A stretch of 24,853 nucleotides of DNA from Fidelibacterota bacterium (GTDB lineage Bacteria; Fidelibacterota; Marinisomatia; Marinisomatales; UBA2128): the NCBI GenBank assembly GCA_046861645.1, contig JBHHUM010000032.1:1-24853 (forward strand). The letters are read 5' to 3'. Position numbers and translations under genes: made by a program. This document shows, piece after piece, positions 1 to 8,113 of this stretch. Under the pieces are notes generated by a model. The model worked only from the letters and a program-made list of their open reading frames with translations, did no database searches and was not told where the DNA came from. Positions within the stretch are counted from its first letter, which is position 1, and the number at the start of each line of letters is the position of its first letter.

Positions 1-17
1 GATTCCTGTTCCGGGCA
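1..17 (+). tRNA. 3' end of a tRNA gene truncated by the window edge (tRNA-Leu-like)
   Basis: GATT-CCTGT-TCCGGGC-A fits end of T-loop (TTCGATT), 5 nt T-stem 3' strand, 7 nt acceptor 3' strand and discriminator A. TCCGGGC would pair with a GCCCGGA 5' end as in bacterial tRNA-Leu. CCA is not encoded. Anticodon is not visible. Confidence 0.55.
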
Positions 18-46
18 CTCCTCTACGCCAAGCTACGAGAAGCAGA
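18..46 (-). repeat. 29 bp palindromic mini-element
   Basis: Minus strand reads TCTG-CTTCTC-gtagcttggcgta-GAGGAG: 4 nt tail plus hairpin (one G-T pair). Same length and layout as 86-114. Confidence 0.5.
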
Positions 47-78
47 CCAATCTCATAAGGTACCTACTCAGCTGATTT

Positions 79-125
79 ATTCCTGCCTGTCCCTCGTGAC
101 GAAGTGTAGAGGGATTCCGGGCACT
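79..125 (+). repeat. Second copy of the tRNA 3' end, split by a 29 bp hairpin insertion (86-114)
   Basis: ATTCCTG (79-85) joined to TTCCGGGCACT (115-125) exactly rebuilds bases 2-19. Insert is CCTG-TCCCTC-gtgacgaagtgta-GAGGGA. Confidence 0.75.
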
Positions 126-131
126 TAACAT

Positions 132-182
132 ATGCATTACGCTTATGTACTAAAAAGCTTCAAGGATAATACACTTTACTAA
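132..182 (+). pseudogene. Small GIY-YIG nuclease remnant, N-terminal part
   Basis: Manual translation MHYAYVLKSFKDNTLY* matches the start of stand-alone UPF0213-like GIY-YIG proteins (MxYxYVLxSxKDxxxYxG) and stops just before the YIG glycine. Confidence 0.7.
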
Positions 183-231
183 CCCAAATTCCGATATTGA
201 CTTGCCTAAAACAAGACTTAACTGTTTTTGG

Positions 232-366
232 TTAAACTCCTCTGGAGTTTAATTTTTTCGGTTCTTGTTCTATAAATATTTAACCCCTCTGGGGTTATAC
301 TCCGTAGGAGTCAAATGTTTACAGAAATTGATTTACAAAAAAACACAACACCGTTAGGTGTTGAAT
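232..366. repeat. REP-like four-hairpin composite, copy 1
   Basis: TTAAACTCC-TCT-GGAGTTTAA (232-252), TAACCCC-TCT-GGGGTTA (281-297), ACTCC-GTA-GGAGT (299-311), CAACACC-GTTA-GGTGTTG (346-363). The two inner units with their tails are inverted copies (21/28 identical by hand alignment). Confidence 0.75.
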
Positions 367-541
367 ATTTCAGTATAGATTCGGACCATTGTTATCAAAA
401 CATAACCTCATAGATAATTAACAATTCTCATCTTATAGGTGAAATCCTGAATTTGCCAATTTTATTAACATATTACCAGATGGGGTAGAATTTTCGCTTC
501 AATATCGGAATAGAGGTTATAAAGGCCTCTACGGAGACCTA

Positions 542-655
542 GACCTAAAGAGTCGTCAAAAACAACACAACCAAAGGAAAGTCAAATCGACCAAAGAACG
601 GACACCTTGAGAATTAGTTTACCTGGAAGAATATGCTACTTATCGGGATGCAATT
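542..655 (+). pseudogene. Small GIY-YIG nuclease remnant, central part
   Basis: Manual translation DLKSRQKQHNQRKVKSTKERTP*ELVYLEEYATYRDAI matches the family pattern DLxxRxxQHNxGxxKSTKxRxPWxLVYxE. TGA at 608-610 sits at the Trp position. Similarity ends before the catalytic Glu helix. Confidence 0.7.
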
Positions 656-674
656 ATTCTAGTTCTTATTCGCT

Positions 675-1840
675 TTACAAATTCCCCTCAGCATCAGTCT
701 TCATTAACAAAACATCATTAGAACCGTCTGTTTGGGATGATCTGTATCCTACAATAATGTAACCTCCATCTCGAGTCTCGTGGGCAGCAAGGGCTACTTG
801 TGAGTTTTCATTATCATATATTTTCCTCCACTCCAGGTTCCCTTCAGAGTCTGTCTTGTCTATGAAAATACTCCAATGAATCCCTTCCGAAAGCAATGAT
901 GCCCCACCAACCAGAAATCCACCATCTGTAGTTTCAACCACAGATGTACTTACATCATACTCTCCGACATTCAATTCTTTCCACCATAATTCCATACCAT
1001 CAGGACCGAGTTGCGTCAAGAAGTAATATGTAGGAAACATCGTAAGTTTATCTGTCAAGACCAGTCCACCATTAGAAGTGAGTTCTACATCGCTGAAAAC
1101 ATGATTTAATATTCATCTTCGAAGACGTGACTCCATCCTTCATTACCATTCTCGTCAGTCAGTATAACAAAGCCATATGTAGGACCTTCCCCATAGTCAT
1201 TGTATGTTGATTTTTTACCAGCTATCGCCAAGTCCCCGTCCGGCAGAACGGCTATCGAGGAGCCATAGCAAGAACCGCTCTCTTGAGTCTCAGGACAGTA
1301 TTCAGTATGCCACTGTTCAACACCATTCGCATCAATCTTTATAACGAGTGCTCCATTTTCTTGTTCGCCACGGGCGTTACCCACTAATACATATCCACCA
1401 TCATCAGTTTGTGAAACATAAGCACCATAATCCGCAAACCCATATTCAAAGATATGGCTCTACTCTTCTATACCGTTTTCATCAGTCTTTATCAACCAAA
1501 TATTCCAATCAGTACTGGCTACAATTATGTATCCTCCATCTGTAGTCGGTTCAATAGACTCACCGGTGTCTGTCAAATCACCTCCGAATGTCCTTTCCCA
1601 CAGTAGTTCTCCGTACTCGTTTGCCTTGAACAACCATACATCCCTCTCGTAATTAATCATTGTCTGTCCTACTACAATATACCCACTATCATCAGTCTGT
1701 CGCACATCATGCCCCTCTTCATAAGTACTGCTCCCATAAGTCCGGGAAAATGTAATATTCTCTTCAATCTCCATATCCTCCTTGCAGCCTGAAAAGAATA
1801 GTATGAAAGAGATGGTGAACAGCAATAAAACAAATTTCAT
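675..1840 (-). pseudogene. Disrupted lipoprotein with beta-propeller-type repeats (about 388 aa if repaired)
   Basis: Three consecutive ORF fragments share the repeat TxDGGYIIVG...D(V/I)xLxKTDxxGxxxW. Lipobox FSGC follows a hydrophobic leader from ATG 1840. In-frame TAG at 1460-1462 replaces the repeat Trp, and there is a 1 nt frameshift near 1109-1113. Confidence 0.8.
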
Positions 1841-1919
1841 TAAGCTTTCCATTACAAAAAGGAATATGACATTAAACGATTGGATTTATGTTTGGTTTAA
1901 CTTATAGCATAAAAAATTT

Positions 1920-3134
1920 CTACCTTCTAAAATACTTTTCCACCTTCTCCACAGCCCGCACGATATCCATTGTATCCTCTTCCGAGCCCAGCAGACAATT
2001 TTGCCGCAGCCAGACAGATTGCTCATCGGCAATTCTCTCTGTTACAGGTAAGGAGATATTCTCAAAATCAATCCCCTCCAGCCACGGATATTCAGCACGG
2101 TTAACGATGAACAGTCGTTCCCGGTAAAGGGGTACATAGCCGGAGTAAGCGGGAATACCTTCGGCATTCAGAGCCTCGATAAACTGTTCACGAGACTTAT
2201 TACCGAAGAATTCTTTCAAATAGCGGAAAATATAGAGATGATGAGAGACCCTGGTAGTACTTGGATATTTCCGTAAAATTGATAAACCTTCGATTTTCTC
2301 TAATGCTCTGTCCAAGATTACGGCATTGGTATCCCGGACAGTCATATCCTTCCCAAGAGATTCAATTTGCGCAGTTAACAGCGCCGCTGGAAAAGCGCTC
2401 AACCGAAAGTTGCCACCCAGGTGATCATGTTCATACCACTCTCCATCCCGTACACGTCCGGCATTCTGGTAGGAGTAACAGGTATCAATGAACTCCTTGT
2501 CATCAGAGATTATTGCACCTCCCTCACCGGCTGTCATATTCTTTGATGACTGGAAGCTGAAGATCCCTCCCAGCCCGAAAGCGCCAACCTTTCTTCCTTT
2601 CCACTCGGCTCCATGAGCCTGAGCGGCATCCTCTAGCATGGGGATACTATAGCGGTCACAAATCTCTTTGATCTTGGTTATGTGAGCAGGATTTCCGGCG
2701 ATGTGGACAGGTAGAACTACCTTCGTCTTTTCTGTAACCAAATCTTCGAGACCTTCTGGATCCATGTTCAGAGTCTCTTCATCAATATCGGCGAAAACGG
2801 GAACAGCATTAGCCATCAATACCGCCGTAGCCGTCCCGATAAAAGTGTAAGCGGGAATGATTACTTCATCCCCGGCCTTGACTCCTGCCGCTTTCAGCGA
2901 TACCCAAAGAGCCGCAGTTCCCGTACTGATCGCCAGGGCGTATCGACTGTCATGAAATTTTGCGAAATTCTTTTCAAACTGCTCTACTACTGCACTACCA
3001 ATACCCCACCGTTCATTCTCCAAGGTATGAATCAGGCTATCTTTCATGGCTTGGGTAGGACGAGGCCAGAGAGGAAATGGGTCGGTTCTTACAGGATTTC
3101 CACCGTGAATAGCCAGTTTACTTTTACTAGACAT
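1920..3134 (-). CDS. DegT/DnrJ/EryC1/StrS family PLP-dependent aminotransferase (RifK/BtrR-like)
   Basis: Motifs GDEVIIPAYTF, EDAAQAHG and FSFQSSKNMTAGEGG (PLP lysine). Confidence 0.92.
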   Translation of the reverse strand: MSSKSKLAIHGGNPVRTDPFPLWPRPTQAMKDSLIHTLENERWGIGSAVVEQFEKNFAKFHDSRYALAISTGTAALWVSLKAAGVKAGDEVIIPAYTFIGTATAVLMANAVPVFADIDEETLNMDPEGLEDLVTEKTKVVLPVHIAGNPAHITKIKEICDRYSIPMLEDAAQAHGAEWKGRKVGAFGLGGIFSFQSSKNMTAGEGGAIISDDKEFIDTCYSYQNAGRVRDGEWYEHDHLGGNFRLSAFPAALLTAQIESLGKDMTVRDTNAVILDRALEKIEGLSILRKYPSTTRVSHHLYIFRYLKEFFGNKSREQFIEALNAEGIPAYSGYVPLYRERLFIVNRAEYPWLEGIDFENISLPVTERIADEQSVWLRQNCLLGSEEDTMDIVRAVEKVEKYFRR

Positions 3135-3138
3135 TTTT

Positions 3139-5229
3139 CTATAAACCGAGGCTCCTCATAAAAGCCTTATTATTCGGTTCTCGACCCAAAAACTCTTGCA
3201 CCAGATTCATGGGATCTTTACTACCCCCGGGAGCTAAAACAGTGTTTCGGAATCGTTTTCCAGTATCAGGATTAAGAATCCCTTCTTTTTCAAAGATGGA
3301 AAACATATCCTGTGCCAGTACACGCGACCAGGCATAACCATAATAACTGGCTGCATACCCGGCTAAGTGTCCAAAGGAGGCGATACGAGCTGTCCCGGGT
3401 GTCTCGTTCCAATTTAAAATTTCTTTATGCAACCGTTGAGCTACTTCCACAACTGTCTCATTCTCAGGATCCCATTTACCGTCATGAAGAGTCATATCCA
3501 AAGTCCCCAGAAAAACCTGAAAGGAGTAATCCCCTCCAGACGATTTGTTTTTTGCAGCAAGCATTCGATCCAACAACTCATCAGGTATAGTATTACCAGT
3601 CTTATAATGTTTAGCAAAAAGTTTAAGTGTCTCTTTATTCCAAACCCAATTTTCCAAGATTTGTGATGGGGCTTCCACAAAATCTCGATCTACACTTGTT
3701 CCTGAAAAGGAATAATAGTCGGTAGTTGTCACTAATCCATGAATTAAATGTCCAAATTCGTGGAAGAAGGTCTCAGCTTCATCATGGGAAAGAAGTGAAG
3801 GTAACTCATCAGAAGGTTTGGGGAAATTGGTTACCAGAGAAGCTACTGGATGCTGGTATTGTTCACCTATACGCTTTCCTTTTACCAAAGAGAACATGGC
3901 TGCGTGACTATATTTATTGGCCCGGGGGTAAAGATCCAGGTAAAATTGTCCCATAAGATCTCCTGTTTCAGAATCATACATCTGGTACATAAGTACTTCC
4001 GGATGCCAAACACTGGGATTTTCTACAGGCCGGTAAGTAAGACCAAAAACCTGTTGAGTAATTTCGAAGAGACCCTTCAAGACGGTCTCAAGCTCAAAAT
4101 ACTGTTTAACTTCCTCTTCATCTACATGATATTTTTCCTCGGCACGTATATTTTCGAGATAATGAAGTTCCCAGTAATCAATTTCACTGGCTGCAATACC
4201 TTCCTCTCTCATTTTGAAGGCCAACAATTCACTCAATTCCTGATTCGACTTCTCCTTTAAAGCATTTCTAAGTTCAATTTCAAAATCCCAAACTGTTTCT
4301 GGTTTCTTGGGCATTCTTTCTGCTAATACATAGGCAGCATATGTAGGATACCCTAACAGATCGGCTATTTTCTGTCTTTCTTTACAAATTTTAGGAATAA
4401 GAGACAGGTTTTTATCTGCAGCGCGGTTAAGAAACTTTTCACTAAGAGCGTATCGAGCCTCCTTGGATTTGGAGTAACGCATGAATACACGTCGAGAAGG
4501 ATAGCTAATATCAATCTTATAGGCTCTAGATGAAGAATCAAACATAGCCTTTTTGTACCATTCGGGAGTCCCCTCCATCTGTTCACGGGTCACTACAAGT
4601 GTATCAGCATATTCAGAAATATTTTTACTGAACTCTAGAAGCAGTTTAGTCAGATTATTCTTAATTTGTGTGAGTTCCTGACGTTTGTCCTCTGGTAATG
4701 CTATTCCCTGGCGTTCAAAAGATCTAATCTCATCTTCTAAATATTTCTTTTCTACACCTGATAATTTCTTACCCTCTTCAGTTTCTCCAAAAGTTACGAT
4801 GGCTTTATAAAGCTCTTCATTTACTGAAAGCTCATTCATGTATTTAGAAAGGAGAATCATACTACTATCTGCTTCCTCCCGAATAGAAGCAACAGGATGT
4901 ACTTCACTCATTAGTCCAGCGGGATTATCTACTTTTCCAATGACATTATAAAGATCATCTAAAAGTAATATAGTGTTATCAAAGGTACGAGATTCATCCT
5001 CTACAGCTAAAATGTCATTTAACAATAAATCTGCCTTTGCAAGAGCTGCATTAGTGGCTTTTAAGATGTCTCCCTCCTTGAGATCAGCAAAATGAATTGT
5101 TTCATTTACACTAAATAATAATGGGTTACTCCTCTTGGGTAAAGAAACCTCTTCCTCATGGCTTTCAGGAGGAACACAACCGCTCAAAACCAAAACTATA
5201 GTTAAAAACAGAAAGACGAATTTGCGCAT
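3139..5229 (-). CDS. M3A zinc oligopeptidase (thimet oligopeptidase-like), predicted lipoprotein
   Basis: FHEFGH zinc motif, DFVEAPSQILENW, FYLDLYPRANKY, YYGYAWS. Start moved to ATG 5229 (GGAGG upstream), giving a signal peptide with lipobox LSGC. Confidence 0.93.
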   Translation of the reverse strand: MRKFVFLFLTIVLVLSGCVPPESHEEEVSLPKRSNPLLFSVNETIHFADLKEGDILKATNAALAKADLLLNDILAVEDESRTFDNTILLLDDLYNVIGKVDNPAGLMSEVHPVASIREEADSSMILLSKYMNELSVNEELYKAIVTFGETEEGKKLSGVEKKYLEDEIRSFERQGIALPEDKRQELTQIKNNLTKLLLEFSKNISEYADTLVVTREQMEGTPEWYKKAMFDSSSRAYKIDISYPSRRVFMRYSKSKEARYALSEKFLNRAADKNLSLIPKICKERQKIADLLGYPTYAAYVLAERMPKKPETVWDFEIELRNALKEKSNQELSELLAFKMREEGIAASEIDYWELHYLENIRAEEKYHVDEEEVKQYFELETVLKGLFEITQQVFGLTYRPVENPSVWHPEVLMYQMYDSETGDLMGQFYLDLYPRANKYSHAAMFSLVKGKRIGEQYQHPVASLVTNFPKPSDELPSLLSHDEAETFFHEFGHLIHGLVTTTDYYSFSGTSVDRDFVEAPSQILENWVWNKETLKLFAKHYKTGNTIPDELLDRMLAAKNKSSGGDYSFQVFLGTLDMTLHDGKWDPENETVVEVAQRLHKEILNWNETPGTARIASFGHLAGYAASYYGYAWSRVLAQDMFSIFEKEGILNPDTGKRFRNTVLAPGGSKDPMNLVQEFLGREPNNKAFMRSLGL

Positions 5230-5263
5230 GAAAACTTCCTCCAATCCTATCAATGAGCTCACT

Positions 5264-6901
5264 TTACTTTGATTTCCCTAAGTCTAAAGCACTACCATCA
5301 GCTCTGGGAAGAGTCAATCCAAGATAATCAGCAATAGTTGGAGCAATATCCACTGTCTCAACACTGTCAGAAATTACCTCAGGAGCAAGTGAATGTCCGG
5401 CAAAGTAAAGAGGGACATGCGTATCATAATCATAAGGTGTACCATGCGATGTCCCTACTGGATCTCGCCAGACATAGTACTCCGAAATTACTGGAAAAAG
5501 ATCACCACTCCACCTGGGATGAAATTGATTTCGGAGTAATTGACCCTCATAATCAAGAGAATCAGTCCCTGCCAATTGTTCTCTGGTATATACCTTTTTC
5601 ACCCATTCCTCATTGAGCAACATGGGAATAACTACCTGATCCAAATCTTTTTGATCTACTTTCTTCTTTGCCAAAAGATCTAAATCATAGAAAAGGTTAG
5701 CGTTAGCAATCTTTTCAATATAATTACCGGCTCCCCAGATTTCAGCTAAACGGGAATTAATCAGAGATTTCATAGTCTTATACCTCTTGCCAAATCTACC
5801 AGCGTTTGATCCTTGAGAAGTAACATACTCAGGCATGGGGGCAGAGCCGTGATCGCTTGTAAGTACCAGCAATGTATTTTCCAGACCAATCGTGGCATCA
5901 ATATTATTAAAAAACTCTCCTAAGCGTTTATCCAGTCTGAGGAAGAGATCCATAACCTCCTGACTAAAAGGACCAAAACGATGTCCCACGCCATCAGACA
6001 TGGATATGCCTATTAACAATATATCCGGATGCTTGTCTCTTCCAAGTTTTTCTTCCTCAATGATCAATTCTGCAAGATAAATTGTAACGTGATCCACCCA
6101 TGGAAAGTCCCAAAAAATGTCATAGTTAGGTTCTTCCCCAGTATCGAAAGATGGCAAATGGTGAGGAAAATTAGTGGGATCATTCCATGAATTACTTGCT
6201 TCTGATGGAAATCTATCTTCTCGGCTAAATTTCAAGTATAACTTTTCATCCGGAATCATCCTTACCCAATTTGTACCAAAGTATTTATCCAGAGGACGTT
6301 TACTATTAAACTTTACCAACCAATCAGGATAAGTACGCATATAGTATGATGAAGTTACATACTCAGGTCCACCATTTATCCAGAAAACCCCATCTGGATG
6401 CTTCCCACCCAGAAATATCGCTGCACGATCTTTTCCAGCTATTGAGAATATTTTTGATCGACTGTCGGCTTTTTTTAACCTATCACCTAAAGTTAGAATT
6501 CTAAAATTACGATATGACATTGGTTCTGACTCACCACTTAAAATTGTGGCTAATGAATCGAATATGGGATAGAACATTTTATTAGTCTCACGATCATAAA
6601 TGTAATTCCCGGTCAAACCTTCCCGACTGGGATAGACACCTGTAGATAAAGAGAAATGAGCAGGAAGTGTTGATGTGTACGCATGTGCATGTCTGGTTTC
6701 ACTAAAATAAACACCATGATCCCTTAAGTATCTAAAACCACCTGTGAATAAATTACCAAAACGGTCAATGGTGTCCTCCCTCATCTGGTCTATTACTATA
6801 TAGACTACAAGTTTGGGTGGTGCATCATCATCAAACCAGAAAATCCGATATAAGACGATAAGAATGGTGAGAATTGAAATAATCGTTTTGGAGGGTTTCA
6901 T
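5264..6901 (-). CDS. Alkaline phosphatase superfamily protein, PafA-type
   Basis: VIDQMR, TSTLPAH (Thr nucleophile), GKDRAA, DGVGHRFGP, TSDHG and GTSHGTPYDYDTHVPL. N-terminal hydrophobic anchor. Confidence 0.9.
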   Translation of the reverse strand: MKPSKTIISILTILIVLYRIFWFDDDAPPKLVVYIVIDQMREDTIDRFGNLFTGGFRYLRDHGVYFSETRHAHAYTSTLPAHFSLSTGVYPSREGLTGNYIYDRETNKMFYPIFDSLATILSGESEPMSYRNFRILTLGDRLKKADSRSKIFSIAGKDRAAIFLGGKHPDGVFWINGGPEYVTSSYYMRTYPDWLVKFNSKRPLDKYFGTNWVRMIPDEKLYLKFSREDRFPSEASNSWNDPTNFPHHLPSFDTGEEPNYDIFWDFPWVDHVTIYLAELIIEEEKLGRDKHPDILLIGISMSDGVGHRFGPFSQEVMDLFLRLDKRLGEFFNNIDATIGLENTLLVLTSDHGSAPMPEYVTSQGSNAGRFGKRYKTMKSLINSRLAEIWGAGNYIEKIANANLFYDLDLLAKKKVDQKDLDQVVIPMLLNEEWVKKVYTREQLAGTDSLDYEGQLLRNQFHPRWSGDLFPVISEYYVWRDPVGTSHGTPYDYDTHVPLYFAGHSLAPEVISDSVETVDIAPTIADYLGLTLPRADGSALDLGKSK

Positions 6902-7039
6902 AGTATGTACTCTAATTAACTTGTTTTCAAAAGGGAAACAAATTTAAACACTCTCTATCAGATATCAGCAAGCAATTTCAGAACTATGTAAATCGTAATA
7001 ACCCCTTTTTCAAACCAATAGAACTATCTATTTTCCTTC

Positions 7040-8071
7040 ATGAAGTCTACTACTGCAGCGGTTACAAATACCTTGAAGGGACTGGCGATTACCACAGTAC
7101 TAATTAATCACTACCTTAACCTGAATATAGCTGGAAATTTCACTGGTTTCGCCAATCTGGCTATTTCTATATTTTTTGTTTTAAGCGGTTATGGATTACA
7201 ATTCTCTCTTAAAAATAGATTTAGTGAAGACTTTACAATAAAAGGAGTTCTCCGATTTTATTTTGACAGGGCTGTCCGCATTTTCCCGTTATTATGGTTA
7301 GCTTGGACCGTTCAAACCTTAATAACCGGTGAAAAATTATCCATATGGATTTTAACCGGAATACATGGACATGAACATTACTGGTTTATCCCTTCATTGA
7401 TCCACTGTTATTTGCTTGCACCTATTCTCTATAAAGGAATGAACAAACGTTGGTGGCCAAGTGTTATTACCTTTTTTCTTTTACTCATTATTGTTAATGG
7501 TTTTCGTAGGATTGGGTTTCTTCCCAATAGTCTTGTAAACTACTTATTATGGGTAAACGGAGAATATCGTGATACCCTTTTTCTTCATATATTCCTTTTT
7601 CAGATTGGAATGATCCTCCCCCGATTTCTGAGTTTGAGGACTAAATCATCAGAAAAAATGACAAGTTTTCCCTTCAGTTTTTGGTCAATAGTTACTCTAA
7701 CATTAGCCCTCATGATCACCTTAAAATACAGCAGTAGTGGTTCAACTTTGATGAAAGCAGCCTGGCAAGTATTACCTTTAATTCCTCTAATAGGACTAGT
7801 TTATTTCAGCATATCGAGCAAGTCGGTAAACCGAACTCTTGCTTTTCTGGGATCCATTTCTTATGCAGTTTATCTCTTCCATCCCACCCTTTTTAGAACA
7901 GTCAGTCTCTACGGACAATATCCATTGAACTCCACAATTGAGTTAGCAATTAATATAGCATGTTTTCCCATCTTTATCGGGATTACATGGGTACTGGAGA
8001 AACTGAGTAGTAAATTAGCTCTTAGCATCCGATTAGCTGTGAACGAGAAAATGAAGATGAATATACCATAA
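7040..8071 (+). CDS. Acyltransferase_3 (OafA-like) membrane O-acyltransferase
   Basis: LKGLAI..VLINH, FFVLSGYGL, RAVRIFP, HYWFI and LGSISYAVYLFH. Multi-pass hydrophobic. Confidence 0.88.
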   Translation: MKSTTAAVTNTLKGLAITTVLINHYLNLNIAGNFTGFANLAISIFFVLSGYGLQFSLKNRFSEDFTIKGVLRFYFDRAVRIFPLLWLAWTVQTLITGEKLSIWILTGIHGHEHYWFIPSLIHCYLLAPILYKGMNKRWWPSVITFFLLLIIVNGFRRIGFLPNSLVNYLLWVNGEYRDTLFLHIFLFQIGMILPRFLSLRTKSSEKMTSFPFSFWSIVTLTLALMITLKYSSSGSTLMKAAWQVLPLIPLIGLVYFSISSKSVNRTLAFLGSISYAVYLFHPTLFRTVSLYGQYPLNSTIELAINIACFPIFIGITWVLEKLSSKLALSIRLAVNEKMKMNIP

Positions 8072-8113
8072 CTAGCAGTTAATATATGAGTACTGAATCA
8101 AAAGGAGTTTTCT

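Noticed and set aside
232..366. CRISPR array
   Set aside because: Palindromes are non-identical, inverted relative to each other and irregularly spaced. No cas genes are present.
1460..1462. Stop-codon recoding (TAG as Pyl/Trp, or TGA as Trp at 608-610)
   Set aside because: TAG ends intact genes here (DegT, M3 peptidase, proC, xerD) and TGA ends others (gcvPA, gmhA, efp). Both cases are one G-to-A change from TGG in genes with other lesions.
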